Shown piece after piece: positions 1 to 9,586 of a stretch of 64,000 bases of DNA. The DNA comes from Candidatus Latescibacterota bacterium (GTDB lineage Bacteria; Latescibacterota; UBA2968; UBA8231): assembly GCA_965221775.1 (NCBI GenBank), contig CBDCSU010000005.1:1445180-1509179 (forward strand), read 5' to 3'. The notes beneath the pieces were generated by a model. The model had not been told where the DNA came from. It worked only from the letters and a program-made list of their open reading frames with translations, and made no database searches. Each line of letters begins with the position of its first letter. Position 1 is the stretch's first letter. A program made the translations under genes and the position numbers.

Positions 1-1070
1 TCGTGGATCTTGTCCGCACGGATTCCGAAGTCGAGAGCCGCTTGGTTTACTCGAGTTGGAGCTCCGCCGAATGTAAGAGCCAATGCTTCGATACCAGAGT
101 TGTTTATCGCGACCACCTCTCCCCCCGTGTTGAAGATCGGGCTTCCGCTCGTTCCTCCACTCAGGTTCAGGTTGTGCTGCACGATATAGGCTCCTCGAAC
201 ACTGTAATTGCTCGCTTCGTCTGGCATCCTGATCGCACTAATTGTGCCATTCTTGAAAGTTGCAACAGGATGGAGATCACTCAGGTTGCTGACCTGCAGC
301 TCGCCTGGATAACCGAGCGTGGCTATCGGGGTCCCTATCTTCAACCTTCCGGCCGCACTGGACGTGACGAGAGGCATCGTGTGGTAGGTAGATATGGTGC
401 CCTCCAACGGCCTCAGTAGAGCCACATCTGGAGAGAATACATCCTCGGCATCCCAATCTTCGTGGTATTGCCATCGGCCTACCCAGTAGTAGTTGGACTT
501 GTATCTCAGGCTACTCGTCAGGTTCTGGACCAAGAGCCAATGCACTTTGAGACTCATCTTCCACCTCTCGTTGAGGTCTGCGATCTCATCGTCCAAGTCG
601 CGGAGGGCATCCAGGATGTGACCGTTGGTTATCACCGCAGTATTGCCCACTGCAAACGCAGTGCCTACGAAGGTGAGCAAAGGTTCCACATCTTCATCGT
701 CATGCCGGATGTAATGGATCACCGTATACACCGACCTTTGATATCGGGAGACGATCTGGCTCCAGTTGTACACCAGATTCTCGAGGGCTTCAACGCGCCT
801 GCGCAGGGCCTGGAATTCGGAATTCGAGATGCCGGTCTGAGCGAGCTTGGCGCGAATCTCTGCCACCTCTGCGGAGTTATCGGCAGTGACCGGGATCTGG
901 TCCAGCCGGGCCAGCAACTCTTGCTGCTGCTGTTCCTGATTCGCCTCAAGCTCATCGACCTTCGCCTCCAGCTTCTCGACTCGGTCAGTCAGCGGGTTCT
1001 CTCCGCACGCTGTCATGGTCAGGACCGCGACACCGATCCTCATCCAACTCATCCACGTCATCGTCTTCAT
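1..1070 (-). CDS. Trypsin-like (S1) serine protease lipoprotein with N-terminal coiled coil; 3' end runs off the window
   Basis: Translated by hand (not in ORF track): MKTMTWMSWMRIGVAVLTMTAC (lipobox-like Cys), coiled coil RVEKLEAKVDELEANQEQQQQELLARL, triad motifs VITNGHIL / PDVALL / GGTSGSPIFN. GGAGGAGG RBS upstream; frame open to position 1. Confidence 0.85.
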   Translation of the reverse strand, partial: MKTMTWMSWMRIGVAVLTMTACGENPLTDRVEKLEAKVDELEANQEQQQQELLARLDQIPVTADNSAEVAEIRAKLAQTGISNSEFQALRRRVEALENLVYNWSQIVSRYQRSVYTVIHYIRHDDEDVEPLLTFVGTAFAVGNTAVITNGHILDALRDLDDEIADLNERWKMSLKVHWLLVQNLTSSLRYKSNYYWVGRWQYHEDWDAEDVFSPDVALLRPLEGTISTYHTMPLVTSSAAGRLKIGTPIATLGYPGELQVSNLSDLHPVATFKNGTISAIRMPDEASNYSVRGAYIVQHNLNLSGGTSGSPIFNTGGEVVAINNSGIEALALTFGGAPTRVNQAALDFGIRADKIH

Positions 1071-1173
1071 TCTCCTCCTCCTTCAGTTATTGAATCTCGG
1101 CTTTGCGGGTCGATCCAGACTCAATCGAGGGATCAATGCCGGGAACGTGCGGGAAGTCAACGGGATCCAACCC

Positions 1174-2721
1174 CTACCCCCGCTCCACCTCGAAGGCCAC
1201 GATGTTCCTGCTCTGGCGGCTGAACTCCACCGCCACCAGGTGGATCGGCTCGCCGCGGCCCCGGTACTTGTCCGCGTACCCCCGCTCCTTCAGTTGGGCC
1301 ATGGCGGCGCCCTCCGTCGTCAGTTCCGCCACCTTGAACTCGAAGAGGTACACGTTGCCGTTGAACAGCACCACCATGTCGAGGCGGCCGTGGCTGGTGC
1401 TGTCCTCCACGGTGACATCGAGGCCGAGGCCGGCGAAGCAGGAGTAGAAGACGCTGGCGTAGTACCCCTCGTACCCGGCGATGTCGATTCCCGAGAGGAA
1501 CGAACGGAAGAGGACCTCCAGACCGGCGAAGTCGTTGACCATCAGCAGGTCGTAGAGCCGGGCGCTGTGCTCCTCCCCGCGGGTCGAGTCCCCGGCGAGC
1601 CCGTTCAGCAGGCTCTCGTTGAGGCTCTGCCGCACCTCCCGGTTCGGGTAGCCGAGCCGGTAGAAGGTCCTTCCGCCGCGGGGCTCGACGGCGTGAATGG
1701 TCAGGTACCCGGTCTGAAAGAGCAGCGCCTCCGTCGCCATGTCGTCGACGTCGAACCGGGAGAGCAGCGCGTCGCTGCCGAGCATGCCTTCGAGGGAAAC
1801 GGAGCTCACTCCGCGCTCCATCAGCGTCTCGACCAGGAAAGCCGGCGTTCCGGTCTCGAACCACCAGGCGCCGAAGCGGCGCTTGTCGAAGAGCAGCAGG
1901 ATGTCGAAGGGGTTGTAGACCTTGTCGTCGCCGAGCCAGCCGTAACCGTTGTACCAGTCCCGGATCTCCTCGCGGTCGAGGCCGGCCAGCTCCGGGGCGA
2001 AGACCGCGTCCAGGTCTTCCTCGGTGTAGCCGCAGATGGCGGAATAGCGCGGGTCCAGGGTGATGTCGGAGAGGTTGTTGAGGCCGGAGAACAGGCTGAC
2101 CTTGGAGAATTTGCTCACCCCCGTGATGAAGGTGAAGCGGATGTGGGCGTCGCAGTCCTTGACGACCGCGTAGAGGCCGCGCAGGAAATCGCGGTTGGCG
2201 CGGGCCGTCTCCGGTGTGTCCAGCGCATCCAGAATCGGCTTGTCGTACTCATCGACGAGCACCACGACACGCCGGCCCGTGCGCTGATGCAGCCACTCGA
2301 TCAGGTGGCGGAGGCGGGCGGGCACGGAGTCGGGGCGAGTGGTGACCGCCGCGTCGTCCTCCATGGCCTTCAACCGGTCCGTCACTTCCGTGCGCAGGTC
2401 GCCCGGCCCCTGGAAGTGGCCGCTGCCGAAGCTCAGGTGCACCACCGGATGGCGGCTCGACCAGTCCCATCGGGGGTGGACGTGCAGCCCCTCGAAGAGC
2501 GGCTCGTTGCCCTCGAACAGCTCCTTGCAGGTGTCGAGGAACAGGCTCTTGCCGAAGCGCCGGGGCCGCGACAGGAAGTAGTGCTTGCCGCCCTCCGCGA
2601 GGCGGCGCAGGTAGTCGGTCTTGTCGACGTAATAGCAGCTCTCCTCGCGGATCTCGCGGAAGGTCTGAACGCCGATCGGCAGCCTGCGCCTGGGGCCCGT
2701 GCCGTTGCCCGGTGCGGTCAT
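1174..2721 (-). CDS. AAA-ATPase-like domain protein with C-terminal PD-(D/E)XK nuclease domain
   Basis: LPIGVQTF..IRE..YYVDKT, Walker A SRPRRFGKSL, Walker B LVDEYDKP, YNPFD, C-terminal GRLDMV..FEFK..AMAQLKERGYADKY. Start placed at ATG 2721. Confidence 0.9.
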   Translation of the reverse strand: MTAPGNGTGPRRRLPIGVQTFREIREESCYYVDKTDYLRRLAEGGKHYFLSRPRRFGKSLFLDTCKELFEGNEPLFEGLHVHPRWDWSSRHPVVHLSFGSGHFQGPGDLRTEVTDRLKAMEDDAAVTTRPDSVPARLRHLIEWLHQRTGRRVVVLVDEYDKPILDALDTPETARANRDFLRGLYAVVKDCDAHIRFTFITGVSKFSKVSLFSGLNNLSDITLDPRYSAICGYTEEDLDAVFAPELAGLDREEIRDWYNGYGWLGDDKVYNPFDILLLFDKRRFGAWWFETGTPAFLVETLMERGVSSVSLEGMLGSDALLSRFDVDDMATEALLFQTGYLTIHAVEPRGGRTFYRLGYPNREVRQSLNESLLNGLAGDSTRGEEHSARLYDLLMVNDFAGLEVLFRSFLSGIDIAGYEGYYASVFYSCFAGLGLDVTVEDSTSHGRLDMVVLFNGNVYLFEFKVAELTTEGAAMAQLKERGYADKYRGRGEPIHLVAVEFSRQSRNIVAFEVERG

Positions 2722-2782
2722 GATGTTAATTAGCGGGACCTGGCTCGCCCCTGACAAGCAGAGCCGCGAGGCCGCCACCGCC

Positions 2783-4762
2783 ATGAACCGCCGCATCCCC
2801 CCCGACTACCAGACCGCCCTCCAGGAGCGCGAACCCGCCCGCGCCACCGCCGGCCCGGAGTCGGCCGTCACCCTGCGGGGGATCGCCGTGGGCTGCCTCC
2901 TGTGCGTGGTCATCGGCGTCGGCGCCCCGTACACGACCATGCTCCTGCGGGGCACCCCCATGGGGTTCTCGTCGTCGACGCCGGCGGCCTTCTTCCTGCT
3001 CTTCGTGCTCATCCTCGGGCACGTGCTGCTCCGCTGCTGCCGGCCCACCTGGGGATTCACGCGGGGCGAGTTGATCACCGCCATGGTGATGATGATGGTG
3101 GCGGCGGCGATCCCCACGCGCGGGGTGACCGGGATGCTCCTGCCCCTGGTCACGGGGATCTACTACTACGCCTCCCCGGAGAACGAGTGGGCGGAGCGGC
3201 TCCATCCGCACCTGGCGGAGTGGACGATGGTGGGCGATCCGGAGGCGGTGCGCGGGCTCTACGAGGGCGGCATGGCGATCCCCTGGGGCGCCTGGATGCC
3301 GGTGCTGCTGGGGTGGCTGGCGTTCTACGCCGCCTTCTACCTGACCCTGGTCTGCGTCCTGGCCATCCTGCGGCGCCAGTGGGTGGAGCACGAGCGCCTG
3401 CCCTTCCCCATGGCCCAGGTGCCGCTGGCCCTGTTCCTCCAGGAGCAGGGCGCCGTCCTGCCGGACATCTTCCGGCGGGCCAGCCTGTGGGTGGGCTTCG
3501 CCGTGCCCGCCGTCGTCGGCGGCCTGCAGGGCCTGCAGCACTACTTCCCCGAGGTGCCGGCGCCGACCCTGGTGACCCGTCTCGACCTGTTTCCGGGGGT
3601 GCCGGTGCGGGTGGGGCTGAACTTCCTGACCCTCGGCTTCGCCTGGTTCATCAACACCAGCATCGCCTTCAGCCTCTGGTTCTTCTACCTGCTCATCGCC
3701 GTGGAGCAGAGGATCCTCCACGTCATGGGCGTCGACACCACCCACCTCGGCCTGGGCTACTGGACGGAACCGATCATCGGACACCAGGGGATGGGGGCCC
3801 TGATCGTGCTCATCGGCGCCGGGCTCTGGTACGCCCGCGGCCACCTGCGGCGGGTGTGGCGCAAGGCCGCCCTTGGGGATGCCTCGATCGACGACAGCGG
3901 CGAGATCCTCCCCTTCCGCTGGGCCGTCATCGGCGGCGCCGCGGGCCTGGGGGGCATGACCGTGTGGCTGTGGCAGGCGGGGATGCCGGGATGGGCGGCG
4001 CCGGTCATCGTGCTGGGGGCCCTGGTGATCTTCACCGGGGTGACGCGGGCCGTGGCGGAGGGGGGCATCCCCACGATCTCGCCGGCCATGGTGCCGGCCG
4101 GTTTCGTGATCACCACCGTGGGCGCGCCGGCCCTCGGCCCCGCCGGCCTGCTGGCGGCCGGGCACAGCCTGATCTGGAGCGGCGAGCTGCTGGTCTTCAT
4201 GATGGCGCCCCTGGCCAACGGCCTGCGCCTTGGCAGCGAGACCTCCGGCAACCGGCGGCGACTGCTGGCGGCCATCGCCCTGGCCATGGGGATCACCCTC
4301 ACCGTGTCGATCTGGTTCACGCTGCGGCTGGCCTACGACCACGGCGGCGTCAACCTCGACCGCCAGTACTTCGGCTCCTTCGCCCGCTACCCGGCGGAGC
4401 AGACCATCTTCCAGCTGCAGAACCCCGCCGGTCCGAGCCTCACCGGCTTCCTGTGGATGCTCGGCGGCGGGCTGGTGATGGCGGGGCTCATGGTGGCCCG
4501 CCAGCACGTCGCCGGCTGGCCCCTGCACCCCCTCGGGTTCGCCGTGGCCCCGGGCTGGACCATGGCGGTGCTGTGGTCCTCCATCTGCGCCGCGTGGGTG
4601 ATCAAGCGGACCGTGCTGCGCTTCGGCGGGGCCGGGACCTACGAACGCACCAAGCCGTTCTTCGTGGGGCTGATCCTGGGACAGCTGGTGATCGCCGGCT
4701 TCTGGCTGATCGTGGACACCTTCACCGGCACGGTGGGCAACGTCATCCCCGTGCTTTACTGA
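2783..4762 (+). CDS. Polytopic membrane protein, DUF6785/DUF6784-like (putative transporter), copy 1
   Basis: Many hydrophobic segments; motifs LRRQWVEHERLPFP, WPLHPLGFA, YERTKPFFVGLILG. Confidence 0.75.
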   Translation: MNRRIPPDYQTALQEREPARATAGPESAVTLRGIAVGCLLCVVIGVGAPYTTMLLRGTPMGFSSSTPAAFFLLFVLILGHVLLRCCRPTWGFTRGELITAMVMMMVAAAIPTRGVTGMLLPLVTGIYYYASPENEWAERLHPHLAEWTMVGDPEAVRGLYEGGMAIPWGAWMPVLLGWLAFYAAFYLTLVCVLAILRRQWVEHERLPFPMAQVPLALFLQEQGAVLPDIFRRASLWVGFAVPAVVGGLQGLQHYFPEVPAPTLVTRLDLFPGVPVRVGLNFLTLGFAWFINTSIAFSLWFFYLLIAVEQRILHVMGVDTTHLGLGYWTEPIIGHQGMGALIVLIGAGLWYARGHLRRVWRKAALGDASIDDSGEILPFRWAVIGGAAGLGGMTVWLWQAGMPGWAAPVIVLGALVIFTGVTRAVAEGGIPTISPAMVPAGFVITTVGAPALGPAGLLAAGHSLIWSGELLVFMMAPLANGLRLGSETSGNRRRLLAAIALAMGITLTVSIWFTLRLAYDHGGVNLDRQYFGSFARYPAEQTIFQLQNPAGPSLTGFLWMLGGGLVMAGLMVARQHVAGWPLHPLGFAVAPGWTMAVLWSSICAAWVIKRTVLRFGGAGTYERTKPFFVGLILGQLVIAGFWLIVDTFTGTVGNVIPVLY

Positions 4763-4767
4763 ATCAG

Positions 4768-6714
4768 ATGAACCACGAGCGACACCTCACCCGCGCTCCC
4801 ACCGGCCCCGAGTCCGCCGTCACCCTGCGGGGGATCGCCGTCGGCTGCCTCCTGTGCGCGGTCATCGGCGTCGGGGCCCCGTACACGACCATGCTCCTGC
4901 GGGGGACGCCCATGGGGATGTCCTCGAGCACGCCGGCGGCCTTCTTCCTGCTCTTCCTGGTCATGGTCGCCCACGTCCTGCTCCGGTGCTGCCACCGCTC
5001 CTGGGGGTTCACCCGTGGGGAGCTGATCACGGCCACGGTGATGATGATGGTGGCGGCGGCGATCCCCACGCGCGGGGTGACGGGCATGATCCTGCCCATG
5101 ATCACGGGGATCTACTACTACGCCTCCCCCGAGAACCGGTGGGCCGAGCAGCTCCATCCGTACCTGGCGGAGTGGACGCTCATGGGCGATCCCGAGGCGG
5201 TGCAGGGGCTCTACGAGGGCGGGATGGCGGTCCCCTGGGCGAGCTGGATCCCGCCGTTGCTCGGGTGGCTGGTGTTCTACGCCGCCTTCTACCTGACCCT
5301 GGTCTGCGTCATGGCCGTCCTGCGGCGCCAGTGGGTGGAGCACGAGCGCCTGCCCTTCCCCATGGCCCAGGTGCCGCTGGCCCTGTTCCGGCAGGAGCGC
5401 GGCGCCATCCTGCCCGATGTCTTCCGGCGGCTGAGCCTGTGGGTCGGCTTCGCCGTGCCCATGGCCGTCGGCGGCCTGCAGGGCCTGCAGCACTACCTGC
5501 CCGAGGTTCCCGTGCCCCGCCTGGCGACCAGCGTCGACCTGCTTCCGGGGGTGCCGGTGCGGATCGGGGTGAACTTCCTGATGCTGGGCTTCGCGTACTT
5601 CATCAACACCAGCATCGCCTTCAGCCTCTGGTTCTTCTACCTGCTCACCGCGGTGCAGAGGAAGGTGCTGCACATGGTGGGCATCGACACGACCCATCTC
5701 GGCCAGGGCTACTGGACGGAGCCGGTCCTCGGACACCAGTCGATGGGGGCCCTGATCGTGTTCATCGGCGCCGGGCTCTGGTACGCCCGCGGCCACCTGC
5801 GGGCGGTGTGGCGCAAAGCGGTCCGGGGGGATGCCTCGATCGACGACGGCGGCGAGATCCTCCCCTTCCGCTGGGCCGTCATCGGCGGCGCCGCCGGCCT
5901 GGGGGGCATGACCGTGTGGCTGTGGCGGGCGGGGATGCCGGGGTGGGCGGCGCCGATCCTGGTGCTGTCGGCCCTGGTGATCTTCACCGGGCTGACCCGG
6001 GCCGTGGCCGAAGGGGGCATCCCCACGATCTCGCCGGGTATGGTGCCGGCCGGCTTCGTGGTCGCCACCGTGGGGGGGCCGGCCCTCGGTCCCGCCGGCC
6101 TGCTGGCGACCGGCCACAGCCTGGTGTGGTGCGGGGAGCTGCTGGTCTTCATGATGGCGCCCCTTGCCAACGGTCTGCGCCTGGGTAGCGAAACCTCCGG
6201 CAACCAACGGCGGCTGCTGGCCGCCATCGCCCTGGCCATGCTGGTCACCCTCGCCGTGTCGATCTGGTTCACCCTGAGGCTGGCCTACGACCACGGCGGC
6301 CTGAACCTGCACGGCCAGTTCTTCGGCTCCTTCCCCCGCTACCCCGGGGAGCAGGCCATGTACCAGCTCGACAACCCCGCGGGACCGAGCCTCACCGGCC
6401 TCGCGTGGATGCTCGGCGGGGCCGCGGTCATGGCCGGCCTTATGGTCGCCCGCCATCACTTCGCCGGCTGGCCCCTGCACCCCCTCGGGTTCGCCGTCGC
6501 CCCGGGCTGGACCATGGGGGTGCTGTGGTCCTCCATCTTCCTCGCCTGGGTGATCAAGCGCGCCGTGCTGCGGTTCTGCGGGGCCCGGACCTACGAGCGC
6601 ACCAAGCCGTTCTTCGTGGGGCTGATCCTGGGGCAGCTGGTGATCGCCGGCCTGTGGCTGATCGTGGACGGCTTCACCGGCACGGTGGGCAACGTCATCC
6701 CCGTGTTCTACTGA
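4768..6714 (+). CDS. Polytopic membrane protein, DUF6785/DUF6784-like, copy 2 (tandem paralog)
   Basis: ATG 5 bp after the copy 1 stop; colinear and highly similar to copy 1 from PESAVTLRGIAVGCLLC to GTVGNVIPV. Confidence 0.75.
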   Translation: MNHERHLTRAPTGPESAVTLRGIAVGCLLCAVIGVGAPYTTMLLRGTPMGMSSSTPAAFFLLFLVMVAHVLLRCCHRSWGFTRGELITATVMMMVAAAIPTRGVTGMILPMITGIYYYASPENRWAEQLHPYLAEWTLMGDPEAVQGLYEGGMAVPWASWIPPLLGWLVFYAAFYLTLVCVMAVLRRQWVEHERLPFPMAQVPLALFRQERGAILPDVFRRLSLWVGFAVPMAVGGLQGLQHYLPEVPVPRLATSVDLLPGVPVRIGVNFLMLGFAYFINTSIAFSLWFFYLLTAVQRKVLHMVGIDTTHLGQGYWTEPVLGHQSMGALIVFIGAGLWYARGHLRAVWRKAVRGDASIDDGGEILPFRWAVIGGAAGLGGMTVWLWRAGMPGWAAPILVLSALVIFTGLTRAVAEGGIPTISPGMVPAGFVVATVGGPALGPAGLLATGHSLVWCGELLVFMMAPLANGLRLGSETSGNQRRLLAAIALAMLVTLAVSIWFTLRLAYDHGGLNLHGQFFGSFPRYPGEQAMYQLDNPAGPSLTGLAWMLGGAAVMAGLMVARHHFAGWPLHPLGFAVAPGWTMGVLWSSIFLAWVIKRAVLRFCGARTYERTKPFFVGLILGQLVIAGLWLIVDGFTGTVGNVIPVFY

Positions 6715-6729
6715 CCGGGGTGGGCCGGG

Positions 6730-8070
6730 TCAGGCGCGGATCACGGCGAGCACCTCGTCGCGCTTCTCCTCCATCCGCCGCGGGGTCAGCGCCTCGAGGT
6801 TGAGGCGCAGCAGGGGCTCGGTGTTGGAGGCGCGCACGTTGAAGTGCCAGTCGTCGTAGCTCACGGAGACGCCGTCGAGGCGCTCGATGCGGCCGTCGGC
6901 GTAGCGCCGGGCCAGCTCTTCGAGCATGGCGGCGGGATCGTCCACGCGCGAGTTGATCTCCCCCGAGAGGAAGTAGCGGGACTCCAGGGGCGAGAGCAGC
7001 TGCGACAGGGAGCGGCCGCTCTCCGACATCATCTGCATCAGGACCAGGGACGGCACGATGCCGGAGTCGGCGCCGTAGAAGTCGCGGAAGTAGTAGTGGC
7101 CGGACAGCTCGCCGGCGAAGACGCCGCCCTCGCGCAGCAGCCGCGGCTTGAGGAAGGAGTGGCCCACGCGCTCCTGGCGGGCCTCGCCCCCGGCGGCCCG
7201 GATCTCGTCCCTCACGGCCCACGAGCAGCGCACGTCGTAAACGATGGTGCCGCCGCCCTCGCGGCGCAGCAGCCAGGCGCCCATCAGCGCCGTGAGGAAG
7301 TCGCCGGGGACGAAGCGGCCGCGGTCGTCGATGGCGAAGAACCGGTCGCCGTCGCCGTCGAAGGCGAATCCCGCGTCGGCGCCCTCGGCCACCACCCGGC
7401 GCTGCAGCTCGGCGCGGTTCTCCTCCTGCATGGGGTCGAGACCATGGTTGGGCAGGGAGCCGTCGGGGTCGAGGTACATCCCCGTCAGTTCCACCGGCAG
7501 ACGGCCGTAGATCCGCTCGAGGACGGGGCCCACCATGCCGTTGCCGGTGTCGGCGACGATCTTCAGCGGCCGCAGGCGGTCGACCTCCACCAGGGACAGG
7601 ACCTTGTCGACGAAGCCCTCGCCCAGGTCGAGGCTCTCGACGCGGCCGGAGCCGGGCGCCCGGCGCCAGTCCTCGGCCTCGATGAGCCGCCGCAAGTCCT
7701 GGATCCCCTCGTCCCCCGACAGCAGGAAAGGCATCTCGCGCACCATCTTGAAGCCGCAGTAGTCGGGCGGGTTGTGGGAGGCGGTGACCATGATCCCCGG
7801 ACGCCGGCGGGTGGCGCAGGCGTGGTAGTACTGGTCGGTGCTGACCATGCCGAGGTCGAGGATGTCGGCCCCCTGGCCGGTGAGCCCTTCGACGAGGGCG
7901 GCGCAGACGGCCGGGCTCGACAGGCGCATGTCGCGGCCCACCACGACCTGCCGCGGCTGCAGCAGGGTGGCGAAGGCGCGGCCCACGGCCAGCGCCGTGG
8001 ACTCGTCGAGCTGGGAGGGGTAGAGGCCGCGGATGTCGTAGGCCTTGAAGATGGAGGGATCGACGCGCAT
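6730..8070 (-). CDS. Phosphomannomutase/phosphoglucomutase
   Basis: FKAYDIRG, phosphoserine loop TASHNP, metal loop FDGDGDR, GELSGH, RASNTEP. Confidence 0.93.
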   Translation of the reverse strand: MRVDPSIFKAYDIRGLYPSQLDESTALAVGRAFATLLQPRQVVVGRDMRLSSPAVCAALVEGLTGQGADILDLGMVSTDQYYHACATRRRPGIMVTASHNPPDYCGFKMVREMPFLLSGDEGIQDLRRLIEAEDWRRAPGSGRVESLDLGEGFVDKVLSLVEVDRLRPLKIVADTGNGMVGPVLERIYGRLPVELTGMYLDPDGSLPNHGLDPMQEENRAELQRRVVAEGADAGFAFDGDGDRFFAIDDRGRFVPGDFLTALMGAWLLRREGGGTIVYDVRCSWAVRDEIRAAGGEARQERVGHSFLKPRLLREGGVFAGELSGHYYFRDFYGADSGIVPSLVLMQMMSESGRSLSQLLSPLESRYFLSGEINSRVDDPAAMLEELARRYADGRIERLDGVSVSYDDWHFNVRASNTEPLLRLNLEALTPRRMEEKRDEVLAVIRA

Positions 8071-8095
8071 GCCGTTAGTTTACCGCCGGGAGGGA

Positions 8096-8599
8096 ATGAG
8101 AGTGAAGAGACTCCTCGTCATGCGTCACGCAAAGTCGGACTGGTCGCGCCCGGACCGGGCGGACTTCGACCGCCCCCTGAACAAGCGCGGCCGCAAGGAC
8201 GTGCCCCGCGTCGCCGAGTTCCTGGAGGCCTGCGCCGAGCCGCCCGACCTGGTGCTGGCCTCGGCGGCGGTGCGCGCCCAGGAGACGGCGGTGCGCCTGG
8301 TGGAGGAGCTGGAGGAGGGCCCGCAGCTGGTCCTCGACGGCCGCCTGTACATGGCCGGCCCGGAGGCCCTCTCCGAGGTGCTGGCCGCCACCGCGGGAAA
8401 GGCCGGCACGGCCCTGGTCATCGCCCACAACCCCGGCCTGGAGCAGTGGATCGCCCGGCTCACCGGGGCCCGGGTGCGCCTGCCCACGGCGGCCGTGGCC
8501 CGCGTCGACCTGGATGTGCCCCGCTGGGAGGGTCCGTTGGACGAGGGAGCGTTGCAGTGGCTGGTCACGCCCCGGCTGCTGCGGAGCCTCGGCTGGTGA
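8096..8599 (+). CDS. sixA: SixA-type histidine phosphatase
   Basis: MRHAKSDW, DFDRPLNKRG, SAAVRAQET, IAHNPG. Confidence 0.85.
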   Translation: MRVKRLLVMRHAKSDWSRPDRADFDRPLNKRGRKDVPRVAEFLEACAEPPDLVLASAAVRAQETAVRLVEELEEGPQLVLDGRLYMAGPEALSEVLAATAGKAGTALVIAHNPGLEQWIARLTGARVRLPTAAVARVDLDVPRWEGPLDEGALQWLVTPRLLRSLGW

Positions 8600-8620
8600 G
8601 CCGGCCCGCCGGCGCCCGCA

Positions 8621-9586
8621 CTACCTCTTGAAGTCCTCGATGATCCGGCGCAGGGCCTCGTCGAGATCGACCTTGGGGTCGTAACCGATGAGGTCGCGGA
8701 TCTTGCGCAGGTCGGGGGCGCGGTACTCGAGGTCCTCGTAGAGGCCGCTGCGGCGCGTCTGGTCGTAGGGGATGAAGGCGATCTCGGAGTTGGAGCCGGT
8801 GAGCTCCTTGATCTTGTCCGCCAGGTCGCGGATGCTGCTCTCGTAGTTGGACCCGAGGTTGAGGACCTCCCCCACCACGCGGTCGCTGGCGGCCATGGCC
8901 ACGAGGCCGTCGACGGCGTCGTCGATGTAGGTGAAGCAGCGGCGCTGCTCGCCGTTGTCGTAGACGGTGATCGGGTCCCCCAGCATGGCCTGCTTGATGA
9001 AGCGCGGCACCACCATGCCGTAGCGCCCGGTCTGGCGTGGGCCGATGACGTTGAAGGGCCGCACGATCACCGTGGGCAGGCGCTTCTCGCGCCAGTAGGC
9101 CAGGGCCAGCAGCTCGTCCACGGCCTTGGTGGTGGAGTAGCTCCAGCGCAGCACCGTCGTCGGCCCGAGGATGCGGTCGCTGTCCTCCTTGAAGGGCACG
9201 TGGCCGTTCTTCTTGCCGTAGATCTCGGAGGTCGAGGCCAGGACGACACGCTTCTTGCGCTCGTTGGCCAGCTCCAGAAGGATCTCGGTGCCGCGGATGT
9301 TGGTGCTCAGCGTCTGCAGCGGGTTCTCCAGCACGTACTCCACCCCCACCGCCGCCGCCAGGTGGTAGATCAGCTCGCAGTCCTCCACGAGGGCGCGCAT
9401 CACGCCGGCGTTGAGGATGTCGTCGATGCGGCAGGTGCAGCGCGGGTGCTCCTGCAGGTGCTGGATGTTCTCGATGAGGCTGGTGGAGAGGTTGTCGATG
9501 ATCGACACCTCGTCCCCCATGGCCAGGTGGCGCTCGGCCAGGTGGGAGCCGATGAAGCCCGCCCCGCCGGTGATCAGGACCTTCAT
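8621..9586 (-). CDS. NAD-dependent nucleotide-sugar epimerase/dehydratase
   Basis: ITGGAGFIGSH, HLAA, STSEIYG, YSTTK (YxxxK), FNVIGPRQ. Confidence 0.9.
   Translation of the reverse strand: MKVLITGGAGFIGSHLAERHLAMGDEVSIIDNLSTSLIENIQHLQEHPRCTCRIDDILNAGVMRALVEDCELIYHLAAAVGVEYVLENPLQTLSTNIRGTEILLELANERKKRVVLASTSEIYGKKNGHVPFKEDSDRILGPTTVLRWSYSTTKAVDELLALAYWREKRLPTVIVRPFNVIGPRQTGRYGMVVPRFIKQAMLGDPITVYDNGEQRRCFTYIDDAVDGLVAMAASDRVVGEVLNLGSNYESSIRDLADKIKELTGSNSEIAFIPYDQTRRSGLYEDLEYRAPDLRKIRDLIGYDPKVDLDEALRRIIEDFKR

Noticed and set aside
3-1223. Plus-strand ORFs 3..419 and 462..1223
   Set aside because: Antisense shadows of the minus-strand protease, which has clear catalytic motifs and an RBS.
2902-6714. 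1270-aa ORF suggesting a giant fusion
   Set aside because: The first half is an Arg/Pro/Gly-rich off-frame read of copy 1; the real gene starts at ATG 4768.
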